Shown here: one piece after another, positions 45,863-55,827 of the stretch
Layout of the letters: each line of letters opens with the position of its first letter
Position numbering within the stretch: the stretch's first letter is position 1
DNA from: Eubacteriales bacterium
GTDB taxonomy: Bacteria > Bacillota > Clostridia > Oscillospirales > CAG-382
Reading direction: 5' to 3'
Length of the DNA stretch: 64,000 nt
NCBI GenBank assembly: GCA_045531135.1
Contig: JAZSDL010000018.1
Coordinates: forward strand, 15,598 to 79,597
Program-made: the position numbers and the translations under genes
Notes under the pieces: generated by a model
The model's input: only the letters and a program-made list of their open reading frames with translations
Databases searched by the model: none
What the model was told of the DNA's origin: nothing

Positions 45863-46993
45863 ATGAACGCAGTAGGTATTATTTTCTCGAGCATCAACGA
45901 AAAAAGCGTGCACGAGCTCACAAAGCAAAGAACCATGGCATCCGTCCCCTTCGGCTGCCGTTACAGATTGATCGACTTTGCACTTTCCAATATGGTCAAT
46001 TCGGGCATCAGCCACGTCGGCATAGTTACCCACTACAACTATCAGTCTCTTATGGACCATATCGGTACCGGTAAGGATTGGGACCTTGCTCGCCGTCACG
46101 GAGGTATCAAGATCCTGCCTCCGTATATTACCGCATTTGCAAACGCAAGCAACTTTTTATACAGCACTCGTCTTGAGGCGCTTATAAGCATCCGTGAGTT
46201 TATTTCGGACTGCAAGGAGGATATCGTCGTTCTCTCCGACTGCGATACCGTTTGCAACCTCGATTTGAACGCGATGATCGATTATCATATCGAAACCGGT
46301 GCCGAGATCACCCTCGGTGTTAAGAGCAGCTACGTTTCTCAGGATAACGACCGTGCGATCACCGTCGTAAAGAGCGATGAGGACGGCAAGGTTCTTGATG
46401 TCAGCGATTATTCGGGACTCAAGAGCGGCTTTGAGGATGTGTACGTCAGATTGCTGGTTGTGGGCAGAAAGTATCTCGAGGATCTTATTTCGGATGCGAT
46501 CGCTCACGGCTATACCAGCTTTACAAAGGATATTTTGGTCAGAAACTGCAAGTATCACGATATGCGCGCCTTCAAGCTCGACGGATATTTTGCAACCATT
46601 CGCTCGCTCAACGATTATTACCGTTGCAGTATGGACCTTCTCGATCCCGAGATCAGACATTCGCTGTTCGGTATGAGAAACCGTCCCGTATTCACAAAGG
46701 TACGTAACTCGGCTCCCGCATCGTATAATAACGGCGCGATAGTCCGTAATTCGCTTATTGCCGACGGATGTGTTATTCAGGGTACCGTTGAGAACTCGAT
46801 CCTTTTCCGCGGCGTAAAGGTCGGCAAAAACACCCATATAAAGAACAGTATCATCATGCAGGATACTCTCACGGGTGAGAACGTTTATCTCAACTGCGTA
46901 ATTACCGATAAAAACGTTGTTATCAGAGACGGCCGTGTTCTCTCCGGACACGAGACAATGCCGTTCTTCATCGAGAAGGGCTCGTACGTTTAA
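45863..46993 (+). CDS. glgD: glucose-1-phosphate adenylyltransferase regulatory subunit GlgD
   Basis: A GlgC paralogue lacking the GGxGxRL loop (IIFSSINEK...). ASVPFGCRYRLIDF. Position after glgC. Confidence 0.9.
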   Translation: MNAVGIIFSSINEKSVHELTKQRTMASVPFGCRYRLIDFALSNMVNSGISHVGIVTHYNYQSLMDHIGTGKDWDLARRHGGIKILPPYITAFANASNFLYSTRLEALISIREFISDCKEDIVVLSDCDTVCNLDLNAMIDYHIETGAEITLGVKSSYVSQDNDRAITVVKSDEDGKVLDVSDYSGLKSGFEDVYVRLLVVGRKYLEDLISDAIAHGYTSFTKDILVRNCKYHDMRAFKLDGYFATIRSLNDYYRCSMDLLDPEIRHSLFGMRNRPVFTKVRNSAPASYNNGAIVRNSLIADGCVIQGTVENSILFRGVKVGKNTHIKNSIIMQDTLTGENVYLNCVITDKNVVIRDGRVLSGHETMPFFIEKGSYV

Positions 46994-47029
46994 TATCGCA
47001 AAGAAAAAACAAAAAAGGAAGTGCAGTAA

Positions 47030-48457
47030 TTGAAAAAGATACTTTACATAGCCGGTGAAGCATTGCCTTTTGCATCGTCGGGCGGCTTGGGAGACGTTAT
47101 CGGCTCATTGCCTCAGGCGCTTGCCGCCGAGAGCGGTGACGATATACGTGTCATTATGCCTCTTTATTCGAAAATAGAGGAAAAATATCGTAAAAAGTTT
47201 GAGTTTGTATGCGAGAGATATATAAATCTCTCGTGGAGAAGACAGTATTGCGGCGTTTATAAGTATGTCCGCAAGGGCGTGACTTTTTATTTCCTTGATA
47301 ACGAGTTTTATTTCAAGCGCGATAAGCTGTACGGCGAGTTTGACGATGCCGAGAGATTTGCATTTTTCTGCCGTGCTTCGCTTGATATATTGTCGGATAT
47401 CGGCTTTTTCCCCGATATACTTCACGCGCACGATTGGCATGCCGCGCTTTCCGTCATATATTTAAAGCAGTGCTACTCCAAGCTTGATGAGAGATACCGC
47501 GATATCAAGGCGGTGTTCACCATACATAATATTCAGTATCAGGGCATTTACGATTTTGCGATCCTCGGCGACGTTTTCGGACTTATGGAGTCGGACAGAG
47601 AGATCGTCGAGTACGGCAACTGTATAAATCTGTTAAAGGGCGCTGTCGTCTGTGCCGATAAAGTGACTACGGTCAGCCCGACCTATGCAAAGGAGATACT
47701 GTCTCCCAAATTTTCGCACGGGCTTGATAACGTGCTCAACCTGTTTTCGTTTAAGCTTTCGGGTATTTTAAACGGTATCGACAGGGATTATTACAATCCG
47801 TCAAAGGATAAGGAAATCCCTGCAAACTTCTCGTCGAGGAATTTGGACGGCAAGGCGGTCTGTAAAAAAGAGCTGCAAAAATCGTTGGGACTTCCCGAGA
47901 GGGAGGACGTTCCGCTTGTTGCCGTTATTTCGCGCCTTGTAAGCCATAAGGGACTTGATCTTGTTATGCTCGCGGGCGACGATGTGCTCAAGGATGACGT
48001 TCAACTTGTCGTTCTCGGTCAGGGCGATAAGAGCTACGAGGAATATTTCGAGAAGCTCTCTGCCAGATATCCCGATAAATGCCGTGCGCTTATTACCTAC
48101 AACCGCGATCTTTCAAAGCGCATTTATGCTGCGGCGGATATCTTCCTTATGCCGTCAAAGAGCGAGCCCTGCGGTCTTGCACAGATGATAAGCTCACGCT
48201 ACGGTGCGGTGCCCGTAATTCACGAGACCGGCGGTCTTTACGACAGTATCAAGGATATCGGATGCGAGCAGGGCGGAAACGGCTTTACCTTTGCCGCATA
48301 CAGCGCGTATGAGATGCTTAATTCCATCAGACGCGCAGGTGCGTTTTATATCAGCGACAATGCGGGATACAAGGCGTTGCAGAAAAAGGTTATGCTTGTC
48401 GATTTCTCGTGGAAAAAGAGCGCGAGATCGTATATAGAACTTTATGAACAACTTTAA
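47030..48457 (+). CDS. glgA: glycogen synthase
   Basis: E.LPFASSGGLGDV, HAHDWH, PS.SEPCGL. TTG start. 475 aa. Confidence 0.95.
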   Translation: MKKILYIAGEALPFASSGGLGDVIGSLPQALAAESGDDIRVIMPLYSKIEEKYRKKFEFVCERYINLSWRRQYCGVYKYVRKGVTFYFLDNEFYFKRDKLYGEFDDAERFAFFCRASLDILSDIGFFPDILHAHDWHAALSVIYLKQCYSKLDERYRDIKAVFTIHNIQYQGIYDFAILGDVFGLMESDREIVEYGNCINLLKGAVVCADKVTTVSPTYAKEILSPKFSHGLDNVLNLFSFKLSGILNGIDRDYYNPSKDKEIPANFSSRNLDGKAVCKKELQKSLGLPEREDVPLVAVISRLVSHKGLDLVMLAGDDVLKDDVQLVVLGQGDKSYEEYFEKLSARYPDKCRALITYNRDLSKRIYAAADIFLMPSKSEPCGLAQMISSRYGAVPVIHETGGLYDSIKDIGCEQGGNGFTFAAYSAYEMLNSIRRAGAFYISDNAGYKALQKKVMLVDFSWKKSARSYIELYEQL

Positions 48458-48478
48458 TTTTCCGAAGGGACTTTTATA

Positions 48479-50908
48479 ATGGCTACTAAGAACACACAAA
48501 CCGATATCCGCGAGGCACTTAATCAAAAGCTTTCGCGTTATTTCGGTATCAATGAGGGCGATGCCGACATCAATCAGGTATATAATGCAACCGTTTTGTC
48601 GGTACGCGATGTTCTCGCAACGAGAAATAAGGAATTTGCCGATGCCGTTAACAAGACAGAGGCAAAGCAGGTATACTATATGTGTATGGAATTCCTTATC
48701 GGTCGCTCGCTTAAAATGAATCTCTGCAATCTCGGCTTGGAGGATTCCTACCGCAAGGTTTTAAAGAAGATGGGCTTTAATCTTGATGAGATCTATGAGC
48801 TCGAGTCCGATCCCGGATTGGGTAACGGCGGCTTGGGAAGGTTGGCATCCTGCTTTATGGATTCGCTTGCATCGCTCGACTATCCCGCAAGGGGCTATTG
48901 CCTGCTTTACGAATACGGCCTGTTCAAGCAGCGCCTTGTTGACGGCGAGCAGCTTGAGCTTCCTGATATCTGGCTTCCCGACGGTCAGAACTGGCTCATC
49001 CCCCGTCACGACAGAGCGGTTACCGTAAGATTCGGCGGTCAGGTGCGCGAGGAATGGCACGATGAGCACTGTGAGATCATTTACGAGAATTATGATGAGG
49101 TAGAGGCAGTCCCTTACGATATGCTCATTTCGGGTGGCGTGGGCAAGGCGGTCAATACGCTTCGTCTCTGGAAGGCAAGAGATATAAATAACTTCAATAT
49201 GGAGGCGTTCTCTCAGGGACAGTATCTCAAGGCGGTTGAGGAAAATACCATTGCCGAGACCATTTCAAAGGTGCTTTATCCTGCCGATAATCACCACGAG
49301 GGTAAATTGCTCCGTCTCACTCAGCAGTATTTCCTCGTTTCTGCATCGTTGCAGAATATTGTTTGGCGTCATCTGTTCAGATTCAAATCGCTTGATAACC
49401 TTCCCGATAAGGTTGCTATCCATATCAACGATACTCACCCCGCACTCTGTATCCCCGAGCTTATGAGAATACTTATCGACGATCACCACGTTTCGTGGGA
49501 TAAGGCATGGGATATCGTAAAGAGAACTATCTCGTATACAAACCATACCGTTCTCCCCGAGGCGCTTGAGTGCTGGAACGAGAATCTCTTTGCGCTTAAG
49601 CTGCCGAGAATCCACTCTATCATCAAGGAGATCAACCGCCGCTTCTGCGCAGATGCGTGGAATGCGTATATGGGCGACTGGGATAAAGTTGGCAGAATGT
49701 CGATACTTAATAAGGGTACCGTTAGAATGGCAAACCTTTCGGTAATCGGCTCGCATACCGTAAACGGTGTTTCCAAGCTTCACTCCGAAATACTTAAGGA
49801 AAGCGTTTTCGAGGATTATAACGATATGTATCCCGAGCGCTTTACCAACGTCACCAACGGTATTGCGCACAGAAAGTGGCTCTGTTACTCCAACCCCCGT
49901 CTCGCAAAGCTTCTTGACGAGACCATAGGCAAGGATTACAGAAAGGATGCATCCATCCTTTCCAACTTCAATAATTTCAGAGACGATGCCTCCGTGCTTA
50001 AGGAGCTTGATGTGATCAAGAGGGCAAACAAGGTCGATTTTGCCGATTATATCAAGCGCACAAAGGGTATCACGCTCGATCCCGATACCGTGTTTGACGT
50101 TCAGGCAAAGAGACTGCACGAGTATAAGCGCCAGCTTCTTAACGCTATTAATATCGTCACCATGTATCTCAAGCTCAAGGAAAACCCCGATGCCGACGTT
50201 ACTCCCACTACGTTTATTTTCGCGGCAAAGGCGGCTCCCGGCTATTATACCGCAAAGGATATCATCCGCCTTATCTGTTATATCTCGGCAGATATCGAAA
50301 AGAATCCCAAGATCAGAGAAAAGCTCCGCGTTGTATTCCTCGAGAACTATAACGTCACTCTCGCCGAGCATCTTATGCCCGCCGCAGAGGTAAGCGAGCA
50401 GATCTCGCTTGCAGGTAAAGAGGCGAGCGGTACCGGTAACATGAAGTTTATGATCAACGGCGCGTTGACGATCGGTACGTTGGACGGCGCAAACGTTGAG
50501 ATGACCGAGCAGGTCGGCAGAGATAATATTTATATCTTCGGCCATACCGCAAGCGAGGTCGAGGAGCTTTGGAGCAGAGGATACGCCTCCTCCTACTTCT
50601 ATAACCGCAACCCCGAGCTCAAGGCGGCTGTTGACTATCTCCAGACGGGATTCAACGGCAGAAGCTTCTCGGATATTGCAAATTATCTGCTGTACTCCTT
50701 CGGCGTGTCCGATCCCTTTATGTGCCTCGCGGATTTCGATTATTATGCCGAGGCGCGTAAGAATATGTATAACGACTATAAGGATAGAGAAAAGTGGAAT
50801 AAGATGGCGGTTACCAACATCGCCGGTGCTTCCTTCTTTGCGGCTGACCGTTCGATAAAGGAATATGCCGAGAATATCTGGAAGATGAAGCCCGTCCACG
50901 TTAAGTAA
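48479..50908 (+). CDS. glgP: glycogen/maltodextrin phosphorylase
   Basis: GLGNGGLGRLA, and EASGTGNMKFMINGA (the PLP Lys motif). 809 aa. Confidence 0.95.
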   Translation: MATKNTQTDIREALNQKLSRYFGINEGDADINQVYNATVLSVRDVLATRNKEFADAVNKTEAKQVYYMCMEFLIGRSLKMNLCNLGLEDSYRKVLKKMGFNLDEIYELESDPGLGNGGLGRLASCFMDSLASLDYPARGYCLLYEYGLFKQRLVDGEQLELPDIWLPDGQNWLIPRHDRAVTVRFGGQVREEWHDEHCEIIYENYDEVEAVPYDMLISGGVGKAVNTLRLWKARDINNFNMEAFSQGQYLKAVEENTIAETISKVLYPADNHHEGKLLRLTQQYFLVSASLQNIVWRHLFRFKSLDNLPDKVAIHINDTHPALCIPELMRILIDDHHVSWDKAWDIVKRTISYTNHTVLPEALECWNENLFALKLPRIHSIIKEINRRFCADAWNAYMGDWDKVGRMSILNKGTVRMANLSVIGSHTVNGVSKLHSEILKESVFEDYNDMYPERFTNVTNGIAHRKWLCYSNPRLAKLLDETIGKDYRKDASILSNFNNFRDDASVLKELDVIKRANKVDFADYIKRTKGITLDPDTVFDVQAKRLHEYKRQLLNAINIVTMYLKLKENPDADVTPTTFIFAAKAAPGYYTAKDIIRLICYISADIEKNPKIREKLRVVFLENYNVTLAEHLMPAAEVSEQISLAGKEASGTGNMKFMINGALTIGTLDGANVEMTEQVGRDNIYIFGHTASEVEELWSRGYASSYFYNRNPELKAAVDYLQTGFNGRSFSDIANYLLYSFGVSDPFMCLADFDYYAEARKNMYNDYKDREKWNKMAVTNIAGASFFAADRSIKEYAENIWKMKPVHVK

Positions 50909-52743
50909 TGAGTATAAAATACGAAATGTTGTCCGAATCCGCACCTTTGGGAAGCCATGCCTTTCCAAAGGGCGCGGAGGTGCTGATAAAGCTTACAATT
51001 TCAGATATGCCGATAGAAAACGCCTGGTTTTATATCGGCGATGATAAACAGGTCTTTTTCGGTCGCGAGGCGGATATACGACGTGAGGGCGGCGCCATTG
51101 CCGTTTCCTTCCGCCTTACTCCCGACCTTCTTCCGATAGAGGACGGACTTTGCTTTACCCATTTTGAGTTTATGTCCAACGGCACACGCTATTATACCGC
51201 ATTCGATTTTGATAAGGTTTATCTCGATACAAGGTTTGTTAACGAGACACAGCTTCTTATCTATAACGAGCGGTATTCCTCGCCCGATTGGATATTCGGC
51301 GGCGCAATGTATCAGATATTTCCCGATAGATTTGCCCGCGGCGGTACCGTTACAAGACGTAACGATGCCGTTTATGATGAGGATTGGGAAAACGGTATAC
51401 CCGAGTATCCGTCTGTCCGCGGCGATGCGTTCCCAAACAATAAGCATTTCGGCGGTACGCTTTACGGAGTGGCGGATAAATTGGATTATCTCGAATCGTT
51501 GGGTATCACCTGTATTTATTTAAATCCCATTTTCGAGGCGTATTCCAACCATAAATACGACACTGCCGATTTTATGTCGGTCGATAAAAGCTTTGGCGGC
51601 GATGATGCGCTTCAAAATCTTATCGACAAGGCGCATAAGAGGGGAATAAAGGTGATCCTCGACGGTGTGTTTAATCACGTCGGAAACGACAGCATTTATT
51701 TCGATGCCTACGGAAAATACGGCAACGGTGCTTGTCAATCAAAGGATTCGCCATATTATTCCTGGTTTAAATTCCATAGCTATCCCGATTCGTACGAGAG
51801 CTGGTGGGGGATAAAAAATCTGCCACGCACTGTGCGAAGCGAGGAGTATATGTCGTTTATTACCGATACCGTTATTCCAAAGTATATGAGTATGGGTATC
51901 GACGGCTGGCGGCTCGATGTTGCGGATGAGTTGGAGAGCCATTTTCTCGACCGTATCGTTGCTTCGATAAAAAGGCATAAGAACGATGCTATCGTTATCG
52001 GCGAGGTCTGGGAGGATGCATCCAATAAGATCGCATATGACGAGCGCAAGCGCTATTTCCGAGGGCTTCAGCTCGATTCGGTAACAAACTATCCTATTAG
52101 AAACGCTATTATCGATTTTGTAAAATACGGTAACGCCGAGTTTTTGGCGGATACGGTTAATGTTTTGTCGCGCAATTATCCGATGCATAAGCTTAATGCG
52201 GTGATGAATTTCCTCGGCTCGCACGATACCGAGCGTATTGCCACCGTGCTGGGCGGCGAGCCCGATATGGGCGAGGATAATTCGGTCCTTGCTGTCAAGC
52301 GTATGGACAGTGCGACACGCGAGAACACAAAACAGCTTCTTGCCGAGGCGTATAAGATACTTGCATTCCTTCCCGGAGTGCCGTGTATTTATTACGGCGA
52401 TGAGATAGCGCTCGAGGGATATCACGATCCCTTTAACCGCCGAACTTTCCCCGAAAGCGGCTTTTCGGACGGCTATTCGGAAAATTTCAAAAAGGCCAAT
52501 CAAATAAGAAAAGACGAGTCGGTTTTTAAAAACAGTATCGCCTATGCCGAGGTAGTGTCAGACGGTGTTATAAGGATAATCCGTAACGGTATAGGCAAAC
52601 GGCTGGTGCTGGTTGCCAATATGTCCGACCGCGATTACTGCTATAATACCGAAAAATCCGTCGATATATATAATAATGTAGAAATCGACGGTCAACTCAT
52701 ACTCTCTCCGTATACGGTAAGGGTTTTAAAACAGGTGCTTTAA
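50908..52743 (+). CDS. GH13 alpha-amylase-family enzyme (neopullulanase/cyclomaltodextrinase-like)
   Basis: GH13 regions I-IV: DGVFNHVG, GWRLDVADE, GEVWED, FLGSHD. This is not the branching-enzyme signature. Confidence 0.85.
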   Translation: MSIKYEMLSESAPLGSHAFPKGAEVLIKLTISDMPIENAWFYIGDDKQVFFGREADIRREGGAIAVSFRLTPDLLPIEDGLCFTHFEFMSNGTRYYTAFDFDKVYLDTRFVNETQLLIYNERYSSPDWIFGGAMYQIFPDRFARGGTVTRRNDAVYDEDWENGIPEYPSVRGDAFPNNKHFGGTLYGVADKLDYLESLGITCIYLNPIFEAYSNHKYDTADFMSVDKSFGGDDALQNLIDKAHKRGIKVILDGVFNHVGNDSIYFDAYGKYGNGACQSKDSPYYSWFKFHSYPDSYESWWGIKNLPRTVRSEEYMSFITDTVIPKYMSMGIDGWRLDVADELESHFLDRIVASIKRHKNDAIVIGEVWEDASNKIAYDERKRYFRGLQLDSVTNYPIRNAIIDFVKYGNAEFLADTVNVLSRNYPMHKLNAVMNFLGSHDTERIATVLGGEPDMGEDNSVLAVKRMDSATRENTKQLLAEAYKILAFLPGVPCIYYGDEIALEGYHDPFNRRTFPESGFSDGYSENFKKANQIRKDESVFKNSIAYAEVVSDGVIRIIRNGIGKRLVLVANMSDRDYCYNTEKSVDIYNNVEIDGQLILSPYTVRVLKQVL

Positions 52744-52744
52744 T

Positions 52745-53500
52745 ATGACAGAGCTTGCAAAAAAAATCGCAAACGATGCTTCGATCCTCGGAATAAATAA
52801 AGGCGATACGGTGCTCGTTCACTCGTCTCTCCGATCTCTCGGCGGCGCAGCTCCGCAGGAGGTCATCGATGGGCTTTTGAGCGCATTGGGTGATGAGGGA
52901 ACCTTGGTTTTTCCTACGCTTAGCTATTTAAACTGCAATCCGTCCAAGCCGATATTTGATTATTACGAAACAAAATCAAACGTGGGCGCCCTGCCTGAGT
53001 ATTTCAGAACCGAGGTAAAGGGCGTGCTGCGCAGTATGAGTCCCACACATTCCTGTGCGGCGGTCGGTAAAAATGCCGAGTATATCACCTCGGGACATAT
53101 TCTGGATAAAACCCCCTGCGGCGAGAATTCGCCGTTCCGCCGTTTGATGCAGCTCGGCGGAAAGATATTGTTCCTCGGTTGTGGTATGCGGCCAAACACC
53201 TCTATGCACGCTGTCGAGGAATTAAGCGAGCCCGATTATCTTTACGGTGATGAGTTTATGTACGATTTCACCGATAAGGACGGCAAAAAATATCAAGCAC
53301 CATGCCGTGCACACGGCTTTAAGGGCGTTGCCCAACGGTACGAACGGCTTGCCGATCTGCTAACGGGCGATGAATTGAGAATAGGCAATATACTCTCGGC
53401 AGAATGTCATCTTGTTTACACTCCGGCGATGTGGGAAAAAGCAGATAAAAAATACCGCGAGACACCGCACTATTTTATTGACCTGATCGAACAGAACTAA
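52745..53500 (+). CDS. AAC(3)-family N-acetyltransferase
   Basis: GDTVLVHSSLRSLG...GTLVFPT...SMHAVEE matches the Antibiotic_NAT fold pattern. Confidence 0.8.
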   Translation: MTELAKKIANDASILGINKGDTVLVHSSLRSLGGAAPQEVIDGLLSALGDEGTLVFPTLSYLNCNPSKPIFDYYETKSNVGALPEYFRTEVKGVLRSMSPTHSCAAVGKNAEYITSGHILDKTPCGENSPFRRLMQLGGKILFLGCGMRPNTSMHAVEELSEPDYLYGDEFMYDFTDKDGKKYQAPCRAHGFKGVAQRYERLADLLTGDELRIGNILSAECHLVYTPAMWEKADKKYRETPHYFIDLIEQN

Positions 53501-53518
53501 TATGATAAGGAACAGAGA

Positions 53519-54646
53519 GTGATTCGATTGAAGAACCGCGAACTTTACCCGATTTTTAATACGATCATCAAGGATTTTAATTTAAAAGGCACACTTGTGT
53601 CTATTTCGTCACTCAGCAGCGGCAATATAAACGATACTTATCTTGCGGCAACACTTATGGACGATGCTATCAGACAGTATATCGTCCAGCGTATAAATCA
53701 CAACGTTTTTCCCGAGCCGGATAAGGTTGCGAGCAACGTAAGCAAGGTCACCGACCATATAGAGAAAAAGCTGCGTGAGGCAAACGTTTTGGATATAAGA
53801 AGACGTGTTTTGCGTTATTACCGCAAAAATGACGGCAGCTTTTATCATCGTACCGAGGACGGTAACTATTGGCGCGTGCTTTCGTGTGTATATAATGCCG
53901 AAAGTATCGATTCCGCCGATATAAACTATCTTCGTTCAACAGGCCTTGCCTTCGGTGAGTTTCAGCGGCACCTGCTCGATTTTCCCGCAGACTCGCTTTA
54001 TGAGACCATACCCGATTTCCATAATACAAAAAAACGCTATGCCGATCTTAAGCAGGCGGCGGATTACGATATCTGCAAACGGCTTGAAAATGTCCGCGAG
54101 GAATATGAGTATCTTATTTCGATGGAAAAAGAGGCATGCCTGCTCTGCGATCTTTACGAACAGGGCGAATTAAGCACCCGTGTTGTGCATAACGATACAA
54201 AGTGTAATAACGTAATGTTCGATTCCTATACCGGCGAGCATCTTGCCGTCATCGATCTTGATACCGTTATGCCCGGTCTTGTCGCGTATGATTTTGGCGA
54301 TGCGGTCCGTTTTGCCGCTAACCCTGCGGGCGAGGATTGCGACGATCCCTCAAAGGTCTACCTTGATCTCGATTATTATTCGGCATTTGCCGAGGGCTTT
54401 GTAGAGGAAACAAAAACCTCGCTTACCAAGCGTGAGATCGAAACCCTCCCCGACGGAGTGCTTGCCATCACGCTTGAGCTTGCCTCGCGCTTCCTTGCCG
54501 ATTATTTAAACGGTGACGTTTATTTCAAGTGCAAAAAGCCGAACCATAACCTGATAAGAACCCGCGCTCAGATAGCACTTGCAAAGGATATTTTCGGCAA
54601 AATGCCCGAACTGAGAAGCAGATTGCGGTCAATATCTGCCGATTAA
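53519..54646 (+). CDS. APH/NahK-like sugar or aminoglycoside phosphotransferase family kinase
   Basis: SGNINDTY, QRINHNVF, catalytic HNDTKCNNVMF, and DLDTVMPG. GTG start. Confidence 0.75.
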   Translation: MIRLKNRELYPIFNTIIKDFNLKGTLVSISSLSSGNINDTYLAATLMDDAIRQYIVQRINHNVFPEPDKVASNVSKVTDHIEKKLREANVLDIRRRVLRYYRKNDGSFYHRTEDGNYWRVLSCVYNAESIDSADINYLRSTGLAFGEFQRHLLDFPADSLYETIPDFHNTKKRYADLKQAADYDICKRLENVREEYEYLISMEKEACLLCDLYEQGELSTRVVHNDTKCNNVMFDSYTGEHLAVIDLDTVMPGLVAYDFGDAVRFAANPAGEDCDDPSKVYLDLDYYSAFAEGFVEETKTSLTKREIETLPDGVLAITLELASRFLADYLNGDVYFKCKKPNHNLIRTRAQIALAKDIFGKMPELRSRLRSISAD

Positions 54647-54698
54647 AAAGATTTTGTCGTGCAAAATGCCGAAATTTAGCAAGAATTTTAAATTAAAC

Positions 54699-54726
54699 TT
54701 GACAAATACAATGAATAGTGTATAAT
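54699..54726 (+). promoter_or_regulatory. promoter (TTGACA-16-TATAAT) of the sigma-factor gene
   Basis: Hexamers at 54699-54704 and 54721-54726. This places the ORF-track GTG start at 54718 inside the promoter. Confidence 0.5.
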
Positions 54727-54780
54727 AAGTTAATGTACCACGAATATTTTATGGCTTTCGGTAATGACGGAGGAAGCAAT

Positions 54781-55371
54781 TTGTTAAAAAATGTGTCCGA
54801 AAATGTTTTGGCCGAAACCGAAAAAGATCTTATCGCTTCTGCGAAAAACGGCGACAACGAGGCATTTGAGTGCCTTGCGAAGTCGTATAAACGTGTTGTT
54901 GATTTTTATATCCGCCATATAGACAGCAACCCCTCAAATTATGACGATCTGTTTCAGGAGGGACTGCTCGGGCTCTTAAAGGCGGTGCGCAGCTACGACG
55001 GCAGGTCGTCTGCATTTTCGACCTACGCATCGCTTTGTGTGAGGTCGAGTATCATCAGCGGCGTGCGTAAATATGCCAAACAGGTGTCAAAAACGGTTCC
55101 TCTCCCCGATAATATAGCCGAGGATGAGACCGCCCCCTCTGCCGAGGAGGTTCATTTGGACAGCGTTCGCGCACAGCTGCTTTACGACAAGGTCTGTGCT
55201 TCACTTTCTCCGTATGAAAAAACGGTGTTTGAGATGTATCTTTCCGATATCCCGTATGAGTCTATTTCATTCGTAACGGGAAAGAGCGTAAAAAGCACGT
55301 CAAATGCGGTATTCAGAATACGCAGCAAGCTAAAGGATATTATCGGCGCATCCGATGATTTGTATGATTAA
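54781..55371 (+). CDS. sigma-70 family RNA polymerase sigma factor (SigH-like)
   Basis: TTG 54781 lies 7 nt after GGAGGA. Region 2 reads DLFQEGLLGLLKAVRSYD, and there is a region 4 HTH near the C-terminus. Confidence 0.8.
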   Translation: MLKNVSENVLAETEKDLIASAKNGDNEAFECLAKSYKRVVDFYIRHIDSNPSNYDDLFQEGLLGLLKAVRSYDGRSSAFSTYASLCVRSSIISGVRKYAKQVSKTVPLPDNIAEDETAPSAEEVHLDSVRAQLLYDKVCASLSPYEKTVFEMYLSDIPYESISFVTGKSVKSTSNAVFRIRSKLKDIIGASDDLYD

Positions 55372-55420
55372 AAAACCCTAACGGGAAAATAAAAAACACA
55401 CCACAAGAGGAGAACCACCA

Positions 55421-55696
55421 ATGTACGAAGACAAGACTTTAACCTGTAAGGACTGTGGCAACGAATTCGTTTTCACTGCCGGCGAACAGGAATTCTATGC
55501 TGAGCGCGGCTTCCAGAACGAGCCCCAGCGCTGCAAGGCATGCAGAGATGCAAGAAAGCAGGCAACCAGAGCTCCCAGAGAGATGTTTACTGCAGTTTGC
55601 GCTGAATGCGGCGGCGAGGCAAAGATTCCTTTCCAGCCCTCTGACGACAGACCTGTTTACTGCAGCGATTGCTTCGCAAAAAAGAGAAACGCGTAA
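55421..55696 (+). CDS. double zinc-ribbon (CxxC-x17-CxxC) protein
   Basis: CKDCG...CKAC and CAECG...CSDC pairs. 91 aa. Followed by terminator hairpin ATGCCTGTTAC...GTAACAGGCAT plus a T-run. Confidence 0.75.
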   Translation: MYEDKTLTCKDCGNEFVFTAGEQEFYAERGFQNEPQRCKACRDARKQATRAPREMFTAVCAECGGEAKIPFQPSDDRPVYCSDCFAKKRNA

Positions 55697-55770
55697 TTTT
55701 TCATAGCGTATATTCGCACTGATGTTACTATGCCTGTTACTTTTTGTAACAGGCATCTCTTTTTTATATT

Positions 55771-55802
55771 CTCTTGCTTAGCAAGAGTGGATATGTTATA
55801 AT
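55771..55802 (+). promoter_or_regulatory. palindromic operator candidate plus extended -10 upstream of deoC
   Basis: CTCTTGC-TTA-GCAAGAG at 55771-55787 sits 9 nt upstream of TGTTATAAT, the extended -10 at 55794-55802 (TATAAT hexamer at 55797-55802). Confidence 0.35.
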
Positions 55803-55827
55803 ATAAAAAAATGATCGTGAGGTTATA

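Noticed and set aside
49265-50968. 567-aa minus-strand ORF
   Set aside because: It is antisense to glgP. It is a shadow ORF with no motifs and no RBS.
52745-53500. Calling the AAC(3)-family gene an aminoglycoside-resistance determinant
   Set aside because: Only the family-level fold motifs are visible. The operon context with glycogen and sugar-kinase genes, and the absence of mobile-element linkage, argue against a bona fide resistance gene without further evidence.
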